From positions 1 to 64,000 of the IMG/VR virus record IMGVR_UViG_3300034050_000451: a DNA stretch of 64,000 nt. One strand, written 5' to 3'. The position numbers and the translations under genes are program-made. Numbering within the stretch: position 1 is the stretch's first letter; each line of letters begins with the position of its first letter. Of the stretch, positions 1 to 8,173 are shown piece by piece. A model generated the notes under the pieces. It was given only the letters and a program-made list of their open reading frames with translations, had not been told where the DNA came from and did not search any database.

Positions 1-157
1 AAAAGGTATTTACTCTAAGTGTTTTATCCACTTCTATAAAAAGTATAGAACGAGCTTTAAGTTTACATAACTTTAATCTTTTTGTTTTAGTTGCGGTTCC
101 TTGTGAAACCGTTACATCAAAAATCTGTCCAGCGGGTACTCTATCAAAATTTATCAT
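1..157 (-). CDS. hypothetical protein, truncated by the window edge (3' part missing)
   Basis: Not in the ORF track. ATG at 157 reads open to the edge (MINFDRVPAGQIFDVTVSQGTATKTKRLKLCKLKARS...). Lies just downstream of a Bacteroidota-type promoter. Confidence 0.6.
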   Translation of the reverse strand, partial: MINFDRVPAGQIFDVTVSQGTATKTKRLKLCKLKARSILFIEVDKTLRVNTF

Positions 158-183
158 ATCTTTTAGGGTTTTAAGTTATAACT

Positions 184-215
184 CAAATATACAACAAATA
201 TTTGATAATTCCAAA
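184..215 (-). promoter_or_regulatory. Bacteroidota primary-sigma promoter (-33 TTTG / -7 TAnnTTTG)
   Basis: Minus strand reads TTTG-GAATTATCAAATATTTGTTG-TATATTTG, a 20-nt spacer matching the Bacteroidota consensus. Confidence 0.8.
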
Positions 216-216
216 T

Positions 217-245
217 AAAAAAGGGAAAACTTTCGCTTTCCCTTT
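217..245 (-). terminator. rho-independent terminator
   Basis: Minus strand AAAGGGAAAGC-GAAA-GTTTTCCCTTT: 11-bp stem with one GU pair, GNRA loop, then a T run, 25 nt after the stop of 270..869. Confidence 0.8.
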
Positions 246-269
246 AAATTATTGATATTCAATGTGTTA

Positions 270-869
270 TTAAACAATATCTTTCGATTCTATTAATGTA
301 TATGTAAACGATTTACCATGTATTGCACCTGATTTTCTCGTAATAACCATAAATTCTTCAAAATCAGCTGCTTTTTTGAATACTTGACATCCTTCAGACC
401 AATTTTCAACATAAGTTGAATCTGCTCCAGCTTTGTGGATGTTGATACCAAAGATACCTTCTTGGATTTTGGTTTCATCATAGTTCATATCTCTATTAGC
501 ATCTCTATAAACCTTAACCGGCTTTTGTTGTTTAAGTGCTTCGTATTTACCTTGATGTAATCCCAATGTATGTGAACCTCTATATTGACCCGGAACTAAA
601 CGAGCAACTCCAGCTGCATTATGATATTCTTTAACTCCCTTTGTACCAGGGTCGGTTGTGTTTACCCATTCTTTGTAAATCCAATTACCACCATCTTTAT
701 ATGATACTGAAATTGCATCATCAAATACGTTAGTAACCTTTGTACCGGTTGATGAATTTCTGATACCTACGATGTTTAAATCAAATCCTTTGTTAGAAGC
801 ATCTTCAAACCAAACGTATCCTTTTGATTTAACTGCTTTTTCAATTTGTTCTTTTGTGTACTTTGCCAT
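270..869 (-). CDS. L,D-transpeptidase (YkuD)-like cysteine peptidoglycan enzyme
   Basis: GINIHKAGADSTYVENWSEGCQVF fits the H...S-x-G-C catalytic signature of the YkuD fold. No signal peptide. Confidence 0.6.
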   Translation of the reverse strand: MAKYTKEQIEKAVKSKGYVWFEDASNKGFDLNIVGIRNSSTGTKVTNVFDDAISVSYKDGGNWIYKEWVNTTDPGTKGVKEYHNAAGVARLVPGQYRGSHTLGLHQGKYEALKQQKPVKVYRDANRDMNYDETKIQEGIFGINIHKAGADSTYVENWSEGCQVFKKAADFEEFMVITRKSGAIHGKSFTYTLIESKDIV

Positions 870-888
870 AATTTTTTTATTCTGTTTT

Positions 889-897
889 TATAAATAT
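889..897 (-). promoter_or_regulatory. late motif ATATTTATA
   Basis: Exact 9-mer 19 nt upstream of the ATG at 869; the same motif precedes many late genes. Confidence 0.6.
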
Positions 898-901
898 AAC
901 A

Positions 902-2575
902 TTAGTACGAAATTGTTGTACTATTAGAATAACCGGTATTAATTAAGTAGTAATTTGAACTTCCACCACTTGTTGGATTATTTATTATAATTGAGGATGT
1001 TCCTATATAGGTAGGGCGTAAATCAGTAGTTGATGAATTTATTATATTATATTGTGATTGGGTAAATAATCTAACATTTGGTAAAGAATTTTCCCATATA
1101 GATTTCATCCCAACTTTTTTCATATGAATATAATAAACATCAGATACAGTTACTTCACCATCATTATTTACATCGTACTTATAATAATCTAATCCATTAA
1201 ATGAATTACTAATAACTTTGTACATTATAGAATTAATATCACTGGTACTTAGTTGTGTTGTAGGTGTTGGAATATCATATTGAATATACCATTCGGTTGC
1301 TGGATTGGTTGATTGAGAAAATGAATAATATCCAGAAGAGTTAGTATAAACTGTTTGATGTAAAACCCATGGAGTAAAATCGTTAATATAATCAAATTCT
1401 ATAACATAAGGTAAAGATGTATTTCCTAAATCATTCCATTTACCACCTGTAACAAATTGTGTATAATCTTCACTGGGTGAGTTATTAGGTTCTCCGGAAT
1501 TCCAATTTGTGTATTGATTTAATTTATATCGATATGCATATAAGTTATATGTTCTATCAATTTCATCGGCTGTTATAGCTCTATTGAATATTTGATAATC
1601 ACCTAATCTAAAATTACCATAAGCTCCAGAACCCATATTAGTAACATCACTTAATCCAAATGCGAAATATTGTCCGTTTCCCGAATACACATACGGAACA
1701 TCTCTAGTAAAATTAGTACTTCCAAAATTTACATTATTTAAATATCCTTTCATTGATGCCCCATCATAAGTAATAGAAACCAAATGCCAAGCGTTTAATG
1801 TAATAGATGTACTTAATTGAGTAATTCCACTACCATTCCAAAATCCAACTCTAAGGGTATTACTTCCAGTGATTTCCATTATTGATTCATGCCAACCTGA
1901 TGTAGGACTACCAACACCTAATTCCGATGATATAACTCCATTTCCGGTTGGATATATCCAAGCCATTATAGTTATTTTATTATTCGAAAATTTGGATGCT
2001 AAATTATTTGTTATTGCGTATTGATTAGTTCCATTGAATGTTAAATATTTCCCACCAGTACTTGAGTATGATGGTGTATTGTATAATGTAGAATTAATAC
2101 CAGATACAATATCAGTTAGTGTGGTTCCTGATGTATAAGAAGAAACATCATAATCAGCAACCAATCCATCAGTTACTTTAGTTTCTGTCCAACGAAATCC
2201 ACCAGCTGCTTCCGAATAAGTATATCCAGAAACTCTATCTTGATAATATCCAATCCAACCAGATGGCCATGTATTAAATAAGAAATTGTTCTCAGCTGAA
2301 TTAGATACGGTAGCTAAGTGACCTCCCATATTTTCACAAGCAACCTTTGCATTAGTCCAAGTCATTGAACCAGTAGAACGATAGTAAGAGTGTCCGTTAT
2401 AATTGGTTTGTGATGTAAACCCAGTAAGAGTTGGTGTAGTACGTTTATATAATTTTACAGCAACATTTTGAGCTGGTAATCCACCCGCATTATACATATA
2501 ACCCGAATATGTAAATGTTTGAGCAAATACAATATTGGATATTATTAATAATAACAGGGTGAGATATCTTCTCAT
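902..2575 (-). CDS. secreted dockerin-bearing lectin: Ig-like domain interrupted by a C-type lectin, itself interrupted by a LamG/ConA-like domain
   Basis: Signal peptide MRRYL...IVFA|Q; the start at 2575 abuts the upstream stop. CTLD halves HSYY..TWTNAKVACENMGGHLATV..WIG and YTNWNSGEPNN..WND. LamG core ITIMAWIYP..WHLVSITYDG..YQIFNRAITADEI. Dockerin YDVNNDGEVTVSD. Confidence 0.75.
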   Translation of the reverse strand: MRRYLTLLLLIISNIVFAQTFTYSGYMYNAGGLPAQNVAVKLYKRTTPTLTGFTSQTNYNGHSYYRSTGSMTWTNAKVACENMGGHLATVSNSAENNFLFNTWPSGWIGYYQDRVSGYTYSEAAGGFRWTETKVTDGLVADYDVSSYTSGTTLTDIVSGINSTLYNTPSYSSTGGKYLTFNGTNQYAITNNLASKFSNNKITIMAWIYPTGNGVISSELGVGSPTSGWHESIMEITGSNTLRVGFWNGSGITQLSTSITLNAWHLVSITYDGASMKGYLNNVNFGSTNFTRDVPYVYSGNGQYFAFGLSDVTNMGSGAYGNFRLGDYQIFNRAITADEIDRTYNLYAYRYKLNQYTNWNSGEPNNSPSEDYTQFVTGGKWNDLGNTSLPYVIEFDYINDFTPWVLHQTVYTNSSGYYSFSQSTNPATEWYIQYDIPTPTTQLSTSDINSIMYKVISNSFNGLDYYKYDVNNDGEVTVSDVYYIHMKKVGMKSIWENSLPNVRLFTQSQYNIINSSTTDLRPTYIGTSSIIINNPTSGGSSNYYLINTGYSNSTTISY

Positions 2576-2576
2576 A

Positions 2577-3026
2577 TTACATTTGGTTAATAGCACTTAT
2601 TAATGATTTTTTTAATGCAGCTGAAAACGCTGATTTTTCAAATGGAATATTTTCATCTTGCAATTCAATAAATGTAGATTTTACATCAGTCTTACTTTCA
2701 CCAATTCCAGTATATACTTTACCATTAATAATTAAATCAACAGTCACAATAGTAACTTTTCTTTTCTTTTCAAATGGTCCAATTGAAATACTTGTTGTAG
2801 GTGCCTCAATACTCTTAACAACAACCATTACTGATTCACCATCTTCACATATACTATATTTTTCAGATAGAATTTCTTCAGTTATTTGTTTAACACCTAA
2901 TGTAAATCTTTTAGGATTTATATTTTCAATTTTAGCAAGACTCTCTACATTTTTAACAGTGTAGCATTTTTGTCCATAAGTTAATGATGTGATTAACATC
3001 AAAGATAGTAATAATAATTTTTTCAT
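2577..3026 (-). CDS. secreted compact CsgG-like protein (paralog of 4603..5322)
   Basis: Signal peptide MKKLLLL..LTYG|Q; likely start 3026. Shares LGV..I..E.L, TG.GE..T.K and F..S...A.KK.L with the CsgG-like gene. Confidence 0.55.
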   Translation of the reverse strand: MKKLLLLSLMLITSLTYGQKCYTVKNVESLAKIENINPKRFTLGVKQITEEILSEKYSICEDGESVMVVVKSIEAPTTSISIGPFEKKRKVTIVTVDLIINGKVYTGIGESKTDVKSTFIELQDENIPFEKSAFSAALKKSLISAINQM

Positions 3027-3027
3027 T

Positions 3028-4245
3028 TTATAAAAGTGCTTTAGCACCAAGTAATACTTGGTAGTTTATAGCATCACTCTTAAATTGTTGAACACCACTA
3101 AAACTGATGTTCATTTTAAATTTCTGAGTTAGCTTGTAATCAATTGCAACAAATGGAACTGCTAATAGTCCCGATTGATACCACATGCCTTCATAATAAT
3201 ATACAAATGGTGAATATACTGTAACAAACATCAATGTAGTACTCATTTTTTTTCCTACATCGAAATTACCAACAACTCCGCCTAAAGTTGATAAACTTTG
3301 GAATTTGGATTCACCAATATTACCAGTAGTATAATTTACTCCCAACGTTGCTGTTATTTTTTTTATTTTATACGATTCCATTATCGATGTTGTATTAAAA
3401 TAATCCTTTTCAAAATTCAACATAGATGAATTTGCAACTATTGATGTTAAGTTTTTACGTCTCCAAGCTGCAAATAGTGTTATACAAGAATTATCAATTG
3501 CAGTAGTATAATTTACCAAAGCCCCTTTAGCAAATGTATTCTCAGTATTTGATGTGATAAAACTCATATTAATTTTAAGTTGTTGTGGTTCATTACCAGA
3601 AGCACTTGATATAGTAACAATATCACCAGTCATCATAATATTACCACGTTTAACAGCTGCTACTTTAGCTTTAACCTGAGATGAATTAGATGATGAAGAT
3701 GATACAGCCTCTTCAGCTTTTTCTTCACCTGTTTTTTCTTCCGATTCTCCTTTTGATTTAGTTGATTGCGATGAACTACCAGATGTACCATTTTTATCAT
3801 CTGATTTATTGCCGTTAGATGCGACTTTTTCATTACTCTGAACTGTACCTTGTATTGCTGAACCAGCTGCTCCACTTATAGATGAAAGTGATGACATGGT
3901 TGACATAACGCTTGTTAACACTGCTATATTATTAGCTGCAACCGTTACATTTAAATTGGTACTTTGTGCTATACCAACACCACCACAAGGGCCGGAACCT
4001 TGCGGATTACTCGCATTAACTTGATTAATCCAACTTTCTAATGCACCGGATTGTAATTGTGTTTGAGTAAAACTTTGAATTTGCCCAGAATATATTAATG
4101 ATACGCTACCATTTGGGCTATTAATAAAAATATCTTTGGATTTTAAGGTACATGGGTCTGTAAATGTATATGAGAACCCTTGTCCTAACACCACCATAGT
4201 AGAGAACAAAAAACTTATTGTTATTAAAAGTTTTTTAATTTTCAT
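3028..4245 (-). CDS. secreted protein with probable C-terminal outer-membrane beta-barrel
   Basis: Signal peptide MKIKK..VVLG|Q; likely start 4245. N-domain with two Cys, Ser/Lys/Glu-rich linker, then about 200 aa of alternating amphipathic strands ending INYQVLLGAKALL. Confidence 0.55.
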   Translation of the reverse strand: MKIKKLLITISFLFSTMVVLGQGFSYTFTDPCTLKSKDIFINSPNGSVSLIYSGQIQSFTQTQLQSGALESWINQVNASNPQGSGPCGGVGIAQSTNLNVTVAANNIAVLTSVMSTMSSLSSISGAAGSAIQGTVQSNEKVASNGNKSDDKNGTSGSSSQSTKSKGESEEKTGEEKAEEAVSSSSSNSSQVKAKVAAVKRGNIMMTGDIVTISSASGNEPQQLKINMSFITSNTENTFAKGALVNYTTAIDNSCITLFAAWRRKNLTSIVANSSMLNFEKDYFNTTSIMESYKIKKITATLGVNYTTGNIGESKFQSLSTLGGVVGNFDVGKKMSTTLMFVTVYSPFVYYYEGMWYQSGLLAVPFVAIDYKLTQKFKMNISFSGVQQFKSDAINYQVLLGAKALL

Positions 4246-4597
4246 CTTGCGAATCCAATGTATTAGATAAAGATACGCCATCCTCTTCATCTACCTTTTG
4301 GATTAACATTTTGTCTCTATCTTCAGAGTTGAACCAATAATCTATAACTTTATTTAAGTTACCAACAAAGGCACCTAATAAAATTAATAACATTTCTTTC
4401 CAGTCTTGTCCAATTTCTACACCAAAAAATACACCAGAGTTGATTCCAACAATAATTAAGGTAAATAACCCTAATATAATTGCGGTAATTCTCCAACGAT
4501 TATTTTGCATTTGTTGCAACATAAAATAGAAACGATTTTTATCATCTACTTTAACATAATCAGATTTACCACCGAAAAATTCACTTATTTTGCCCAT
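4235..4597 (-). CDS. two-TM membrane protein, holin-like
   Basis: Two hydrophobic helices (ITAIILGLFTLIIVGINSGVFFG; MLLILLGAFVG), then IDYWFNS and an acidic tail. Confidence 0.5.
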   Translation of the reverse strand: MGKISEFFGGKSDYVKVDDKNRFYFMLQQMQNNRWRITAIILGLFTLIIVGINSGVFFGVEIGQDWKEMLLILLGAFVGNLNKVIDYWFNSEDRDKMLIQKVDEEDGVSLSNTLDSQDEN

Positions 4598-4602
4598 TAT
4601 AT

Positions 4603-5322
4603 TTAACTTTTAAATATTCCCTTTTTAATCATTTTTGAAACAACTCTAGATGCTCCAGTTTCAAGAGCTTTCTTAGTTGATATACCAATAGTTGATTGGT
4701 TAAATTTAATGTCATCAACACCATCTAATAATGATGCAGTTTTAACTGTACTTGCTTCACCCAAACCACTACCGGTAATAATTTCACCAGTTTCAGCATC
4801 AACGAATCTAACCTGTAAACCCAAACGAGTTGTTTGAGTTGTTTTTGAACCATCAGTCATTTTGATTTGTTCATCTTCGGATACTGAAAAGTCATATACC
4901 TCAATATAAACGAAGTATTTTGCTAAAATAACATTACCCTTCACTTCTATCTTATTACTTGATATACCCTTATCAGATGCCTTATCCTGTGCAATCATTT
5001 TTTGTTTAATCTCCTCACGGTCCTCAGTAAACTTAAATCTATCTGTTGACTCTAAGAATTCTAAAACAATATTAGCAACACCAAGCCCAACTCTCTTATC
5101 CTTTAACTCAGGATACATTTCGTAAAGTTCTTCGTTAATACCAATTTTTAAAACTTGAATTGGTAAAACGATATCACCATCATAGTCACCTACAACTGCA
5201 ATAGATTGTTTTTTTTCAAAATCAGCTTTATATTCTTCGGTTTTAATAGTTCCAATTGTTTGTGCATTACTAACAATAGAAAATAATAAAATTGAAGAAA
5301 TTATTAATATTAATTTTTTCAT
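4603..5322 (-). CDS. CsgG/HfaB-like secretion-channel fold protein
   Basis: Signal peptide ..VSNA|Q. LGVANIVLEFLESTDRFKFTEDRE, AKYFVYIEVYDF, LGLQVRFVDAETGEII and KKALETGASRVV follow the CsgG family layout. No lipobox Cys. Confidence 0.7.
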   Translation of the reverse strand: MKKLILIISSILLFSIVSNAQTIGTIKTEEYKADFEKKQSIAVVGDYDGDIVLPIQVLKIGINEELYEMYPELKDKRVGLGVANIVLEFLESTDRFKFTEDREEIKQKMIAQDKASDKGISSNKIEVKGNVILAKYFVYIEVYDFSVSEDEQIKMTDGSKTTQTTRLGLQVRFVDAETGEIITGSGLGEASTVKTASLLDGVDDIKFNQSTIGISTKKALETGASRVVSKMIKKGIFKS

Positions 5323-5323
5323 A

Positions 5324-5647
5324 TTACCAAGAATCCTCTTCTTTTGGTTTAGCAGGTGCTGCAGCTGGTGCAGGTTTTTCTACAATTGTTTTTTCTTTAA
5401 TAATTGTATTTGTACCACCCGATTGTTTTTGTTGATTAGTGTTATTATTTTGTAGATTGATAATTACAGGTGCAGCTGGAGCAGCTTGTTCTGTTTTAGT
5501 TTCTTCTTTATCATCTCCACCATTAAATAGAGTTGTTGTAACCCAAGTTCCACCTGCTAATACAGCAGTTGATAGAGTTCCAATAATTGTTTTCTTTAAA
5601 CCTGACCAAGTTCCTTCTGATTCGGGTGCGTTTGTTTCTTCTGACAT
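5324..5647 (-). CDS. single-pass membrane protein with Pro/Ala/Asn-rich tail
   Basis: One hydrophobic segment (IIGTLSTAVLAGGTWVTTTLF) followed by a low-complexity tail; 1 nt from the next gene. Confidence 0.6.
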   Translation of the reverse strand: MSEETNAPESEGTWSGLKKTIIGTLSTAVLAGGTWVTTTLFNGGDDKEETKTEQAAPAAPVIINLQNNNTNQQKQSGGTNTIIKEKTIVEKPAPAAAPAKPKEEDSW

Positions 5648-5692
5648 AGTATTGTTTTTTTGTTTAATTTGTTTTGAGTTGATTATAACAAT

Positions 5693-5718
5693 TATGAGGT
5701 CACATTTGTAACCTCATA
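5693..5718 (-). other. intergenic RNA hairpin without a U-tract
   Basis: Minus strand TATGAGGTTAC-AAAT-GTGACCTCATA: 11 bp with one GU pair, immediately after the stop of 5722..7626. Confidence 0.55.
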
Positions 5719-5721
5719 TTA

Positions 5722-7626
5722 TTATCTTAATATAATTTTTTTCGATAGGTTATTGGTAGTTTTTCTAAGAACTGCAACATAAACACCTGGAATTAAGTTA
5801 CCTAAACTAACTTGGTATTGGTAATTACCTTCAGGCATATTATCATTTACTACTACCCTATATTCAATACCATTAAGACCATATACTGATAACCTAACCG
5901 GTCCAAATTCTTTAACTTCAAATTTTACGTTAACATAATCATCAGTTGGGTTAGGGAATATTTGCATACCCTCTATTTCATCAATAGTAACATTTGCCAT
6001 TCTAAATACCTGTATAATACCATTTGTAGGTGTGATACTTAAATCAACACATTGATTGTTACCAGCGTATTTGTTAGTAGTCCAAAGAGGACTTGTACTC
6101 CATTGGTCTTGAGGTCTTTTTGCAATAAATTTTAAAGTTACAACATCATCACCATCTCTTAATGGTTTTATATGTGTACCACTAATATCATATCCACCCC
6201 AAGAAATTTCATTATTATTAGTATTCAAATATGTTAACCAACTTGAAGTAGCTGATTTCGATTCAATTCCTTTAAATTCCAATAGAGTATCGTTGTATTT
6301 TAATCCAAATTGTAATGAACCAACCTCAGTACCATTTGTTAATACCTTTACAGGTATATTAACTAAATTACCTTCCTGAACTGATAATGTTGGAACATTT
6401 ACTTCAATTGAAGTTGTTGGAAAATCATATTCTACCCTAGCATCAATTACATTGTAAATTTGAGATGGAACGCCAGGTTGTGGTCCTACTAAAACCTCAA
6501 TTGGAGTAATACGTGCCATACGATATCCCGTTCCATTTGCATCACCCGGTACTAATACATAGAATGTAACCGAATCAGGTTGTCCAGCAACAATATTAAA
6601 CGTAAAGTTAGTTACACCAGGAATTGTTGATGTATAATTGGTTGTTGAGCCATTAATAGTAGTATATTCAGATTGTGTAAAGAATTTTACATTTTGAACA
6701 CTATTAGGCCATGCGGTGAATCTACCAGAAATTCTACCAAATATACCATATGCATCCGATATACTTAAACCATTATCACCATTAACATCCGATGCGTAAA
6801 AATCAAATCCAGTTGGTGCTTGTGTACCTAATACATAATCTTGTACTCTTTGTGCATCTGCCGTAGATATTACATTACCAACTGATAACGTATCTCCCTG
6901 TATTTTTAATCTAACATCATAACCAGTTGTATCAATTGCAATTGCATTAAATGCAAAGTCACCATTTATATCAGTCATATCAGTTGTAACCTGAGTCCAA
7001 GCTCCACTTGGTCTAAGTTTCTTTTCTAAAGCTACAGTTAAATTCTTAGCAGCTGTTCCAGTTACGTTCTTAAATTTACCATGATAAGACATTGTTTGAG
7101 GTATAATATTACCACCAAAGTTTTGTAATGTAAGTGCGTTATCCATACCATTTTGCTTTGATGCAATTGCTGGATAAGTTACCGCTCCAAATGACATATC
7201 AGCAATAGTTGATAATGATGCAAATCCAGCTACGTGAGTTAATTTCAACTGAACAATTGGTCCATTTGGAATTTCAAAAGTAGATGAACTACCAGTATAA
7301 GTCATTGTGACAGTTACATAACCAGCAGCCGGATTATCAACATATTTTAGGTTCTGAGAAAATGTTGTATTCAATGTAGTAAGTGTGTCTACCCCAGTGA
7401 AAGCTTGTGTATCATAATAAACTCTAAACTGAAATGCTGTTATATCAGTTGTTGTATTGTTGTAAAAACATAGTCCTACATTAGTATAACCTTCAGCTAC
7501 CGTACCAGCTAAATAATTTGAATCAAGTGTTATAAAAACACCAGAAGTTGTTGGCGTTGGGCAAGTTTGTGAATACCCAAAGATTGGTACTAATGATACC
7601 AGCAGTAAAAATAATAGTTTTTTCAT
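5722..7626 (-). CDS. T9SS-cargo scaffold: cohesin - Ig - dockerin - cohesin - Por secretion C-terminal sorting domain
   Basis: Signal peptide ..FGYS|Q. Cohesin-like ITAFQFRVYYD and VNIPVKV..VGSLQFGLKYNDTLLEF..ISWGG. Dockerin ISTADA..ASDVNGDNGLSISDA. Type-A CTD IFPNPT..VYGLNG..LIPGVYVAVL..SKKIILR. Confidence 0.8.
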   Translation of the reverse strand: MKKLLFLLLVSLVPIFGYSQTCPTPTTSGVFITLDSNYLAGTVAEGYTNVGLCFYNNTTTDITAFQFRVYYDTQAFTGVDTLTTLNTTFSQNLKYVDNPAAGYVTVTMTYTGSSSTFEIPNGPIVQLKLTHVAGFASLSTIADMSFGAVTYPAIASKQNGMDNALTLQNFGGNIIPQTMSYHGKFKNVTGTAAKNLTVALEKKLRPSGAWTQVTTDMTDINGDFAFNAIAIDTTGYDVRLKIQGDTLSVGNVISTADAQRVQDYVLGTQAPTGFDFYASDVNGDNGLSISDAYGIFGRISGRFTAWPNSVQNVKFFTQSEYTTINGSTTNYTSTIPGVTNFTFNIVAGQPDSVTFYVLVPGDANGTGYRMARITPIEVLVGPQPGVPSQIYNVIDARVEYDFPTTSIEVNVPTLSVQEGNLVNIPVKVLTNGTEVGSLQFGLKYNDTLLEFKGIESKSATSSWLTYLNTNNNEISWGGYDISGTHIKPLRDGDDVVTLKFIAKRPQDQWSTSPLWTTNKYAGNNQCVDLSITPTNGIIQVFRMANVTIDEIEGMQIFPNPTDDYVNVKFEVKEFGPVRLSVYGLNGIEYRVVVNDNMPEGNYQYQVSLGNLIPGVYVAVLRKTTNNLSKKIILR

Positions 7627-7646
7627 CCGTTTTATATAATGTTTCC

Positions 7647-7655
7647 TATAAATAT
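7647..7655 (-). promoter_or_regulatory. late motif ATATTTATA for the secretion operon
   Basis: 20 nt upstream of the ATG at 7626. Confidence 0.6.
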
Positions 7656-7687
7656 GTAGCGATTACAATTTTATCTAACTTTTTTAA

Positions 7688-7696
7688 ATATTTATT
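7688..7696 (+). promoter_or_regulatory. late motif variant ATATTTATT on the plus strand
   Basis: 8 nt upstream of the only plus-strand gene, in that gene's own orientation. Confidence 0.5.
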
Positions 7697-7704
7697 GATA
7701 AAAT

Positions 7705-8160
7705 ATGAAACTGATTCTACTTTTAATTAATTTTTTATTTGTGTTTGATTGTTACTCACAAATTAAAATCGATGATGTTGGTGATAATTGGAAAGCAAAG
7801 GTAGCTACTTCATTATCACTAATAAAACAAGTTGACCCTAATAAATATGAATTAATTAATGATGTATGTAAACATATCACCTATTGGGATGGTGATTTTT
7901 CAACAACAGAAGATTCAGTTACCATAATGATATCCCAAAAAGATATGAGGTTTAATTCAATAAATAACATAGCAGCTATATTAGTGCATGAATCTAAACA
8001 TTTATTTTATTTAAAGCATAACATAAAATTACCTCCGAATTATGAGGAAATATTAGCATATCATTATGAATTGGAATTCCTATCAAAAATACCTAATGTA
8101 GAACCTTGGTTGGTTAACAACGCACTTAAGAATATAGAATATTATGGTTTAGTTAAATAA
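7705..8160 (+). CDS. secreted zincin metallopeptidase-like protein
   Basis: Signal peptide ..DCYS|Q; AAILVHESKH (HExxH) followed by EEILAY, a possible third ligand Glu. Confidence 0.65.
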   Translation: MKLILLLINFLFVFDCYSQIKIDDVGDNWKAKVATSLSLIKQVDPNKYELINDVCKHITYWDGDFSTTEDSVTIMISQKDMRFNSINNIAAILVHESKHLFYLKHNIKLPPNYEEILAYHYELEFLSKIPNVEPWLVNNALKNIEYYGLVK

Positions 8161-8173
8161 ACCAACCCCCATA

